DNA from: a virus
Taxonomy: Duplodnaviria > Caudoviricetes
DNA: 64,000 bases
IMG/VR virus record: IMGVR_UViG_3300037307_000169
Span: 856-64,855 of that record
Reading direction: 5' to 3' (one strand)
Shown: piece after piece, positions 27,216 through 37,600 of the stretch
How positions within the stretch are numbered: position 1 is the stretch's first letter
How the letters are laid out: each line of letters opens with the position of its first letter
Made by a program: the position numbers and the translations under genes
Notes under the pieces: generated by a model
Told to the model about the DNA's origin: nothing
Seen by the model: the letters and a program-made list of their open reading frames with translations, nothing else
The model's database searches: none

Positions 27216-27440
27216 ATGAATACACAAGAGGAATGGCCACGGCAGCTGACCTGGGAACCGTATCCACAAGGCAGCAATAACTGCAAGCGCGCCAGGGTGC
27301 CGGGCGGATACCTGGTGGGCGTGGTGATCGATTTCAAAAAAAACACGGCATTCGCCATGGCGTTTGTCCCCGACTTCCGGTCTCCTGCGGAGCTCCTGCA
27401 GAACTCCTGCGGGACTCCTGCGGAACCCCTGCGGAGGTAA
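27216..27440 (+). CDS. Small conserved phage protein (RARVPGGYLV...AFVPD)
   Basis: GAGG RBS; the 3' end is formed by the 11-bp repeat array. Confidence 0.6.
   Translation: MNTQEEWPRQLTWEPYPQGSNNCKRARVPGGYLVGVVIDFKKNTAFAMAFVPDFRSPAELLQNSCGTPAEPLRR
27382..27436 (+). repeat. Five direct repeats of CTCCTGCGG-like units at an exact 11-bp period
   Basis: Copies at 27382, 27393 (CTCCTGCAG), 27404, 27415 and 27426 (CCCCTGCGG); the last copy supplies the GGAGG RBS of the next gene. Confidence 0.9.
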
Positions 27441-27442
27441 CT

Positions 27443-27775
27443 ATGGAAAAAATTACACAGGTATTCCGAATTCTCCCGGACGGGTCTGTCACAACCAACA
27501 AGATGGTGCTGACGGTGGTCGAAACGGCCCGGGCTTTAGGCTACGGGCACGGCACGATGCGCAACAAGCTGCAGGCCTGCCCCGAGGATCCCCTCGGCTG
27601 CGGTTTGAGCCCGGTAAGGATCGGCAAATCCATCCGATTCCTGGTCGCAGACATCGTCCAGGCGGTCCAAGCGGCGCAAGCCGAACGGGACTCTGCCCAA
27701 AAGTCCAGCGCCCGGCCTGCGGCCTCTAATGCAGCGAGAAAGGCAAAAAAGCGAATTAGGAATTCCAAAACCTAA
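27443..27775 (+). CDS. Excisionase/AlpA-like HTH DNA-binding protein
   Basis: VLTVVETARALGYGHGTMRNKL...PVRIGKSIRFLVADI. Confidence 0.75.
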   Translation: MEKITQVFRILPDGSVTTNKMVLTVVETARALGYGHGTMRNKLQACPEDPLGCGLSPVRIGKSIRFLVADIVQAVQAAQAERDSAQKSSARPAASNAARKAKKRIRNSKT

Positions 27776-27830
27776 TTAGGATTCCTAAAGCCCTTGAAAC
27801 AACAGTTTAAATATAAACCTACATATGTAG
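27753..27830. repeat. Cluster of palindromes in an AT-rich non-coding junction
   Basis: AATTAGGA twice; perfect CCTAATTAGG (27771-80) and CTACATATGTAG (27819-30). Confidence 0.6.
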
Positions 27831-28011
27831 ACACGCCGCCGGCGAGGCCTGGGAGCTGCGCAGGAAGGGGACCGGCAACCCGATGCCTGGCCGGGGCGAC
27901 GGGTGGCTGATCCCCCAAAACTACGTGCATCCCTAATAAAATTCATTTAAAATTAATGAGTTGTCTAATTTTCAGCAGCTAACGCTATGAAATAATTGGT
28001 AATCTTTTTTA

Positions 28012-28040
28012 TTGCATTTGCCCCTGTAGTATATTATAAT
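28012..28040 (+). promoter_or_regulatory. Near-consensus sigma70 promoter
   Basis: TTGCAT (28012-17), N17, TATAAT (28035-40). Confidence 0.85.
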
Positions 28041-28075
28041 GATTACAATGGTTTAACACACTATGGGGGTGTGCC

Positions 28076-28261
28076 ATGAAAAAGAAATTGGTATTGTCGG
28101 GCCTGGCCTGGGTCGACCGGCGCCATGCCTGGGTGCCGGTCTTCAACGCCCGGCAGCTGCGCAGAGGCAAGTCAAAAGGACAGTGGGCAATAAAATACCG
28201 GGCTTCTGCGCATTCGTTCCGCCAGGCGGTGGTAACCGAGATCAGGCCGGTCAAAAGCTAA
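28076..28261 (+). CDS. Small basic protein under its own promoter (moron-like)
   Basis: GGGGGTG RBS; 61 aa, Lys/Arg-rich; converges on the end of the late operon. Confidence 0.65.
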   Translation: MKKKLVLSGLAWVDRRHAWVPVFNARQLRRGKSKGQWAIKYRASAHSFRQAVVTEIRPVKS

Positions 28262-28614
28262 ACACTTTTGCTGATCATCCAGGCGTTGGCAGCGGTGATA
28301 GTGTCGACCGATGCCGTCAAAACGCTTTTTACCCAAGGGCCGTGGTGGATAAGCGTCAGCAGGTAGGCGTTGATCGTAGAGGCTGCTGCAGCCGACGCCA
28401 CATCCGCTGCCGTGGCTTCGATCCAGGGGCCATTCCTGGTGGGGCCGACAAATAGCTCGATTTTGATTGTCCCCGTGCCGGTGTGGTATTCCATGATTTC
28501 TGTCGGCAGGCCTTTTTCACTCATGTCAAAATACCCTTCAACAATAAGGCCAAGGCCGGCCGTGAATACATGGTTGGCAGGCAACAGGTTGTCGCAACAG
28601 ATCAGCTTTTCCAT
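28258..28614 (-). CDS. Hypothetical protein, last gene of the late operon
   Basis: AGGAGG RBS; 118 aa. Confidence 0.7.
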   Translation of the reverse strand: MEKLICCDNLLPANHVFTAGLGLIVEGYFDMSEKGLPTEIMEYHTGTGTIKIELFVGPTRNGPWIEATAADVASAAAASTINAYLLTLIHHGPWVKSVLTASVDTITAANAWMISKSV

Positions 28615-28626
28615 TTCATATTCCTC

Positions 28627-31600
28627 CTATTTCAGCTGGTTAAAAACGTCCCGCAGCGTAGTGGCGGCGGGCTCATCGATTTCGGGCTTTTCCCCCGGGG
28701 GCTGGCGCGATCGACGCTTGGTCTCTTCGTGCGCTAGCCCCTGATAGACCCGGTTGTACCATTCGGTGGCGATCTCCACCCGCCGGCGCTCATCAGGACT
28801 CAAGCTGTCGAGGAACCCCTGCCGGTCTTTTCTCGACAACAACCCCAACGGGTGGGCGCGCTTGATCGATTGCTCCAGGCCGCGGCTGGTGTCACCGGGG
28901 AAGGACATATAGTGCCGCAGGTATTTCTCGGCGGATTTCAGATCCCCCATGCGCAGGCTCTGCTTGTAGTAGTAAAGCGCGTTGCTTTTGTCCGGGTTGT
29001 CCAGGCCCAGCGTTTCGCTGCGGTAGTCGCGCACTAGCTTGACGCTGTCGAAGTAGGCCATCTCGCCGGGGTCCGCCGTGTAAAGGGCAAGCGCCATGAG
29101 ATCGTTTATAAGCTGGCCGCCGATCGTCCCGCCGCGCCGCGGCCGTTGCATTGGCATGCCGGAGGGCACGGCCCAATCGACGGCGCCGGCTGCCCAATTG
29201 TAAACTTCCCCCAAACTGAACGTCCGCGAGACGTACTCCAGCCGGTCCCGGATCGGCCGCGGGTTGAAGGGGTCGGGGTAGTAGGACCGCTCGAGCAGCA
29301 GCTCCCCGGGCATTTTCCACTGCGGCCCCAGCGCCCCGATGATCTTTTTGGGCGTAGCCAACGCGGAGTCCTTGGCGATGTCGGTGATCGACGTCTTGCC
29401 GTACCACAGGTCCATGACGTCTTTCGATAGATCCTCCATGCCGAACCAGGACAGTGCATCCGAAAAGGCCCCCTGGACGCGCAGGCTGACGATGCTGCCG
29501 TCCTCCCGGCGTCCGAGGATTAGGTGCAGCTGCCGGCGCTGCTGCTCGCCGAGCTCCTCCTCCTCGTCGGGGAAGAACGTGGCATTCCACAAAGATGCCA
29601 GGGCGAAAAAGCCCATCATCTTCATGGCGAGCTTGGAGGTCTTCCAGGCGGCCCGGGTGGCGACCACCCCGACTATTCTGGCAGCTGTCCCGGCCCCCTG
29701 GCCCTCGTGGCGGACATTGCGCATCATCCGTACGTACCGCGGGGCGTTGACCTCCATCCAGGCGTAAAAAGGCAGCAGGTGGCGCCGGATCCATTGGCCG
29801 GCGTGGGTGATATTGCCGTAGTCTCCCAAAAGCTCGCGCGCGAGCTTCGCGGCCTTGCGGTCGATGTCCTCGATGCCGTCGATCTCGGCCTTGTTGCTCG
29901 CCGCGTAAAGCGTCTGCCCGTCGCGCAACGCATCCCGGAAAAAACGGAAGGCGGCCAGGCGCAGCAGGTTCTCCCGGTATTGGGTAAAACTTTTGAAACT
30001 CCTCCAGGTCCGGGCGATCCAGGTGGGTTCGTCCCCGGTCAGGGCCTCCATGTGCTTTTTGAAAGCCAGTTGTCCGGCAACATCGGATACCTCCTGCACC
30101 GACCATCCGGACCCCAGCACCTCGAGGGAATAGGCAAGGTCGAGCTCGTCGCGCAGCGCCTGCGGCATCTGCTTGCCCTTGATATCTTTGTAGAGATCCC
30201 GGATGGCCGCCGGCAGGTAGTGGGTGATAATTTTGGGGCGAAAGGCGAACGTGATATCGAGGTCGCCCGAAAAATTGTTGAGGTTGTACTTGATGACCCG
30301 AAAAGGGCTGATCAGGGTCCACTGCTTCCAGGCGGCCATCACCCGGGCGGAAGCCTTGCTCAGCCCGTGGTCGTCGTGGACCACGTCGAACCCGTCGAGC
30401 GTCTTGGCGATATCGGCCGGTATGATCCAGGCGACGTCCCGGCCGCGAGCGAGGATCTGCCGGGCTTTTTCGAAGGTTTCCTGGTCGAGCACCGCCTCCT
30501 TGGCCTGGATATCCGCAGCCAACCGGTCCGGTATCGACCAGGCCTTGTACCAGGTCTTGCCGGGCGCCGGGATCCACTCGGTGTATCCGGCATAATTCGG
30601 GTCCGTGCGGATGATTCGCGCCGGCGTCAGGAATTTATCCTTAAGGGTCTCGCGGATCTGGTTGTTGCGCTCGCGCACCGATTTGAAAACGCTGCCGGCC
30701 CACGGCGCCCCGGGCAGGTCGTTCGCCATCAGGTGCGACATAAACTTAAATAGCCGGCCGCCCTCCATCAGATCGGACGGCATCTCGAATTGATAGTTCT
30801 CCCCGAGGTCTCTTTTCCGGTCCTTTTCGTCTTGGAACCATTCGGCCAGGCCGTCGATAATGTCATCGTACTCGGGGGCGCCGCGGAGCTCGCCCTTGTC
30901 GGCCATCTTGCCGAGGGCGCCGATGGCCCGGGCGACCGCTTTGCCGTACTTGGCGAGCGGATCCAGATCGGTGCCGCGGATGTCCTGGTAGGTGGTGCCC
31001 GCCGGCAGCTGCGCCAGGACCGGCGCATAGAAGGCCTCCAGGTTCCTGCTCTTGGCCAGGCTGCGCAGGCTGCCGGTGATATCGATCAGCTCGCGTAGTT
31101 TGTCCATGACCGAGCGCGTCTCCAGCTGGGCGAGCGCCTGGGCCAACCACTCGTACTCGGTCTCGACATACTTGGTGTTGTAGTCCTGGACCGATCCCTG
31201 GCGTTTCATCTGCCAGCCCTTTTTCTTCAGCCGCAGATCATCGGCGCCGAGGCCTACGCCGGAGTATTTCTCCCCCAGCTGGTCGAGGGCATGGTACTGC
31301 AGAACCTGGTGGTGCCAGTAGCGGTCATCCTCGAGCACGGTTTTCGGCAGGAGCTCGGCCGCCACCAGGGCCTCTTTGATCTTGACCTGGAACCGCCGCC
31401 GGCGCTCCAGGGCGGAGTTGACCGCGGCGTCCCCCTGCGCCAGGGTCCGCAGATAATCGCGATAGCGCACCGCGCTTTGCTGGGTGAAGCCAAAGGGCAG
31501 CGCTTCTTTTTCCGACAGCAGGCCGCTCTCGATGTCGCGGACCATGTCGTCCATGATGAGCGACAGCGAAAACACCTCGTACTGTTTCGGCTTGAGTCCG

Positions 31601-34600
31601 GCGACGATCCCCTGCAGCATCTGCATGGCGCGCCGGGTGCTGTTTTCGGGGTTGGCCTGGTGGGTGCGCAGGATGTCGGCAACCGTGGCGTGCTGTGTGG
31701 GATCGAGGAACGGACGATGACGCGACATCTCGTGCCACCGCTCGCGCAGGTTCTTCCCCTGCAGCTGCAGCCAGGTCGGCACCGGCAGCCCGTGGCTCGA
31801 TTTGAGACGCTTTTTTTCCTCGTCGGTCAAGCCGTCGTAAATGTCCGCCTCGATGTCTTCGTCGGTGGTGGTTGTACTCGACGGCACGGCCTCGCGGAAG
31901 GCGTCCAGGTAAACCCGCGAAACCGGGTCCAGGCGTTTGACCGAAAAAAGCGGCAGGCCCCGGGTGAGGGCCGCCGCCTTGATTTCCTCGGAGATGTCGA
32001 ACCCAAATACCGGCGCGTAGTCGCTCGCCAGGTCGAGCTCGGGAAAGTCGGGCTCTGCGCCTAGCTCTGCCGCAATGTCAAAATCTTGAGCCACGCGCAC
32101 ATTGATCGGCCGGACCTCGGCGCCGCCCCAAATTTTCCGGCCGAAGAAATCCTTCGCCAGGGTGACCAGCCGTTGATCGTAAAATTTGCGCATCCCCTCC
32201 AGGCGCGGCAGGTACTCGCCGTTTTCGGGCTTCGCCTGCATCCGCTCCCATAGCGTCGTGGTGATCCGCTCCACGTATTCGGGGAACTTGTGCTTGTACT
32301 CCTGGCGCTTGCGTTCCATGATGATGCTGACAATACCGGCCAAGTCGGTTTTATCCGAGACATGGCGCCCATCGATCTTGTTGATCACCTCTTCTATCTG
32401 GTCCGGGGCGAACTGCTCGAAGATCGCCCCGCTATGCTGCTCGGTGCCTTCGACTGCGAAAGCCGGCGCCAGGACGCGCTTGCGATCGTCGCTCGGCTTG
32501 CCCACCACAATCTGCTGGGCGTCGTAGGTGGGCGACTGGCTGCCGATGTGGTTTGCGTGCCAGGAGACATCCTTTAGGTCAAGACTGATAAATCGATCGT
32601 CCTCGCGCAGCGATAAGGGCACGCCGCTTTGAGCGAGCGCCAAGGCTTTGTTGGCCGGCACGACCTCACCCGGCGTCATCCCCCGGTAGTCGATCTTCCG
32701 CCAGACAAACCGCTCGGACCCCCATTGCTCATACTGCTGCAGCCCGGAGGCCCAGGCCACGCGATCGAAATTATTCTCGGCCGCATAGATGGCCATGCGC
32801 TTGAGCGCGACCAGGGGCCAGGTCTGTTTGAACGGAATGTCGGGGGGATTTTCTCTGAGCGTTCTGCGTTCCTTGGCGGCGTCCTCCGCAATCATCCGGC
32901 TGTCATAGCCGCCGTCCCGGCCTATGACTTTATTGTCTGCGCTGAGATAGATCACGTCGTAACTGCCGGCAGCATTCTTGATGATTTGATATTCAACTTC
33001 GTCGGCGCCGGCCGGCCGGTACCCGAACCGCTGTCCCTTCTGGTGCCAATCGGACTGGATCTCGTAGATGAAGAGCACCTTTTTTCCGTCGTCGTCCACG
33101 CGCTCATCAAAGCGGATCCAGCAGAGCACGTCGCGCTCGGGGCTGAAGTGCGTCCCGTAGAATCCGGTTTTCATCGCCTCCCCGAGCCGCCAGTACGATG
33201 CTCGGAGCTCCATGAATTTTTCATAATCGTCGCCCAGCTCCTTTCGGAGTTTGGCGTCCGTTGCCGGAAAATCGCCGACGCTGTCTACTCTCGTTACCAC
33301 CGAAACCATCTGGTCGGCCTCCGACGTTCGCATCCCCACGTTTTTAAGCATCGAGTGCATGGCATTGCGCGTCGTCACGCGCTGGACGGCAACATGCTCC
33401 GAGGGCGAATACTTGAGCACGATCTCGCGATAGTTGGCGCCGCGCTCGCCGGCCATGCCGTACTGGTCGTACCGGGGGCTGCCGTCGGTTTCGGCGCGGT
33501 CCGGGTCGCCGACGTAGTGCTCGTTGGTCCACGCGGTGACCTCGTCTTCGGTCTTGAACGGCCCGACCCATTTGGCCGGCTGATCCACCCGCTGCACACT
33601 CGTTCGCACCTCCAGATAGAAACCGTTATTTGCGGGGTCAATGTGGTTTGTGCGCTCATGCATGATGAGCCAATAAAAGGCCCCGGGAATCATCGGGTGC
33701 GGCGTGTAGGCCTGCTTTTCGCCGACGAACGATTCGGGATCGATGCGCCACTTGACCCCCCAGCGATATGGAAAATTTTCCAAAATCTCGATATCGTAAT
33801 CCACGTCCCGCACATCCCCCGCCCAGCCGTAGATTAACTCGGTCACCGGCACGGTGTGGGCTTTGACGTAGGCCACGATCTCGTCCCGCGTGACCTTGTC
33901 GTCCTTCGAGTACGCGTCGAAAAACTCCTCGAGCGCCCAGGCGAACTCCTCCTGCTTGAACCGCCCCTGCTTCTGCATGTTGGCCAGGCTTGCGGCCATC
34001 TGCCCCGCGGTGGCCCTAACCGGCAGGCCGCGCTTGGGATCGGTCACGGCGTCCATCAGCTGGCTGAAGAACGGACTCACCCGCCGGACCGAAAAAAGCG
34101 GCATCCCGCCCATGGCCTTCTGGCGCATGGTGTCGTTGATATCAAGGGAATGAACCATCACAGGCTGCAAGCCATATGCGTTAATATTGATTTCACCCAC
34201 CCGCGCCTTGCCCCACGTTTCACTCCCGAAAAACTTGTTGGCCTCGGCCGGCAAAATCCGGTCATAAAACCCGGCCATGCCCGTATCAGATATTACGATG
34301 TCTTCGTTTTTGAAAACTCCAGACTGATCAGAGCTTTCTATAATTTTCTCGCCCATCGTTTTGCCGATGGCATCGTTGACGCTTATTTTTGTTTCGGTGG
34401 TATGAACAATTTTTTTATTTTTCCAAAATCCTTCAATATGAATTTCGTCTGCAGTTTTTGTCCAGCGGATTTCATCCACTCGTCTTCTCAGCGCCCCCTC
34501 ATAGCGCTGCACCTGCATTTCGCCTGTGGTCCAGGCAATTTTGTCAAACCTATTTTCGGCGGCATAACGCACCATGCGCTTGAGCACCAGCAGCGGCCAA

Positions 34601-37600
34601 GTCTGCTTGAACGGGGCGTTCGGCATTAAATCTAATTTGGGTTGCTCCATTGTTCTAGTGTCGATGTACTGTTTTTGCAGCTCCAGAAAATCTTTGTATT
34701 CCTGGCTTGCCATTACCGTTTTGCGAATTTCGAAATATTTGGGTTCAGGCACGTAGGCAGCTAACGATTTAATATAATTTTTCTGTTCGTGATATTTTAT
34801 GATTTCAGGATTGTACCAATCAAAACTCACTTGGTATCCCGCGATGTTTCTGATCTTCTCCGCATTTTGGTAAATTTCTTGGTTTTTTAAACTTTGCATT
34901 TGAATGGCGCGCGTCAGCTCCTCATTGCGCGCGACAATTTCTTTTGTTATATAAAAATATCCTTTGGGCACTAGTTTTGCCGCTTCGGCGATCGATATAT
35001 TTTTTTCAGCGGCGATGCGTTTGATTTCTTTGCGGCGCGCATTGAAAGCCTTTTGATGCCAGTCACTTTGGATTTCTTCAATAAAAAGGATTCGTTCACC
35101 GTCAGCGGTTTCGCGATGATTAAAACGCACATGCGCCAAAACATTTTTTTTTCTATTCCAATGCGTGCTTACAAATTCCTTATCCTGCACGGGTGATTTT
35201 AGAATCAGCAAAAGTTCGGTATAATAAAGTCCTCCTGGCAGCTGATGTTCACCGTAGATGGTTGCATCGCCCTTACTTATATCTGCGGCAATCGTTTGGG
35301 AAATAAAATTTTCTGCATCTTCGAGCGAATCAAAATCCCCTCTTTTTTCCAGCGCAGAAATTTCGACGTGGAACGCCTCGTCATCCTTGTCGGAGTATAC
35401 GTCAGCGAAGATGCCGTTCGCATAATACGTCCTGTGGTAAATTTTTCGGCCGTGCATGACCTCCCAAACGCCGCCAGATGTCTCCAGCTCGATTTCTTCG
35501 TCCAGTTCTTGTTCTTCGCTTTTGTATTCCTCTATGGCTGCTTCAAGGGCTCTTTGAGCTTCTTCTGACCCCCACATATCCCAGGCTTCATCGACTCCGG
35601 CATCGATTTCTTTTTCGGGGATCATATCAAATACCTGCTCGTTGGTTATATTGAACTCTTCGAGCAAATCGTCAGGATGATCAGGCTTTTCGTCTAATTC
35701 CACCGTTTTTTCATCATAGGTATAGGTATAAACTTCGACTTCGTCTCCGTCCTCATCTGTCGACGTTTTAACTTCTTCCGTTTCTTTTATTTTTTCAAAT
35801 AAAATGTATTTTTCTTCTCTAATTCTTTCATACCAGTATTCTCCTTCACCAAAATAATAATCGCGCGCTTGCTCTCGATAGTTTTCTTCAAACTCCTCCA
35901 AAAATTCTTGCCGGTTAAACGGCATTTGTGTTTGATAGCTTCGTATTTCCTTCTCTACAATTATTACGGGTTGCGCAGCATTGATCACGTCCGTTGCAGA
36001 AACCTTAGTGCCGACCGGTTGCGCATCGAGCCATTCGAGCAGCTCCGACCACTCGAGCTCTTCAGCCTTGAACTTGCCTGATTTTGCCCAGCCCTTGATC
36101 AGGCTGGCGAAGTTGGCGGCTGTGCTGGTTTTTGGCAGCTGGCCGGGGCGCGCCAGAAATTCTTCCATGGAGGAATACCACACCGGACGCCGAACCGAGG
36201 CGAGAAGATCTCGCTTGCCGATGCTTTTCGCTCCTTTTGCGAGTTGTTTCACTCCGCGGGCAGCTATATCGCGCAACTCAGCGCCGGTGTAGTAACTTCC
36301 ATGGTTGCACGAGCTCTGGCAGTCAAAGCACGCATCCAGGCTGGCGCCGGCGGCGCAGCACAGGCTCGATTCATCTTTTGCCAACTGGCCGGACAGGACG
36401 CTGAAAATCTTTTCCTGCTGCGCCTTGGTGTAATTTTCCTTGATGTATCTTTCGACCTTCGTGTAATCGGTCCCTTCGCCGACCTGGTCCGTCCCGCGCT
36501 CGAGCTGCCGCAGGATCCGCCATTCGCCGTCCACCTTGCGGATGGCGATCGGGTCGCGGAAATTGAGCGCCACATCCGAAACATCCTTGCCCTCGACCTC
36601 GCTCCACATGCCCGGCCGCATCACCGCGTGCATCCAGGTCTGCAGCACCTCGGGCGTGTGGAGCGCGTATTCGGCGATCTCCTTGGCCGTGCTGACGACC
36701 CCCCGCGGCAGGATGCGCACGTCGGGGTATTTCTTGGAGGCTTTCTTCAGCTGGTCCCAGCTCCAGCCGTACTTGCGCCACACGCGGCCGTTGATCACCC
36801 TGGCCTCGCATCCCATCTCTTCGCGGATGAATTTGGCGGCCGGCTCCAGCTTTCCCGCATTGATCATGTCGATGACCTGCGTCGCCTTCATCGCCGACCC
36901 CGGCAGGTTGTCCTGTTGGCTCACTTCGATCCAGTACGGGTCGATGCTCGGCTGGACGATCACCTCGCGAGCCCCCGGGACTTTGTTTTTGATCAGCCAT
37001 TGCATGATCTTGATCGTGTCGTCCTGCTTGGTAATGATCTTGAGCGGCAGCCCGCGCATGTGCGCATGCCGGACAATGTCCTCCATTTGGAACCGCTCGG
37101 ACCAGGTGAGATCGCCCATGCCGTTTACCCGCAGCCCGCCGGTGGCAGTCAACTTGCGGACCTCGGCGTCGGAGATCTGCAGTAGCTCAGCGGTGTACAT
37201 GGCCGACCGGTAGAAATTGATCGCGCGCCCGTTCTCCATGGTGCCGATCATGTAGCAGCCGTCGATATAGCACCCGTGGCAGCCAACGATCAGCATCGGG
37301 CACATGGTGTTGATGTTGAGCGCCGCATAAGTTTTGTGAGAGCGTTTCAGCGGGCGCGCGAGGGCGAAGCCCTTGTCGGGGCGCTGCTTGGTCCCGAGGG
37401 CCTTGATCGAGGTGCCCAGCTCAGAGCGGCCGGCCGGCACGTTGCCTTCGTAGGCCATCTCGATTGATTTGACGATGGCCTTGCGGAAGTGCTCGCGCGC
37501 CGTCTCGTGCATGTTGTCGAGGTAGGTCTGCGTCAGCGTGCGCAGGCCGCCGATCAGCCGCGGGCGCTGGCCGCCGATCGGATAAAACTGCGAGGCGGTC

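Noticed and set aside
15761-27436. The two short repeat arrays as mini-CRISPR arrays
   Set aside because: Units are 8-9 bp with 2-3 nt spacers, far too short, and no cas genes are present
27830-27920. tRNA or other ncRNA in the GC-rich intergenic stretch
   Set aside because: Only short scattered helices; no cloverleaf or T-loop GTTCGA consensus
28017-28044. dif-like site (17/28 match to E. coli dif, including GTATATTAT) that could explain the missing integrase
   Set aside because: The most conserved ATAA and TTATG positions are not matched, and the similarity coincides with the -10 box of a consensus promoter
22690-28075. Shared ATGGGGGTGTG motif upstream of the genes at 22705 and 28076 as a special element
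   Set aside because: GGGGGTGT is the common RBS form here (also near 16462, 18929 and 25260)
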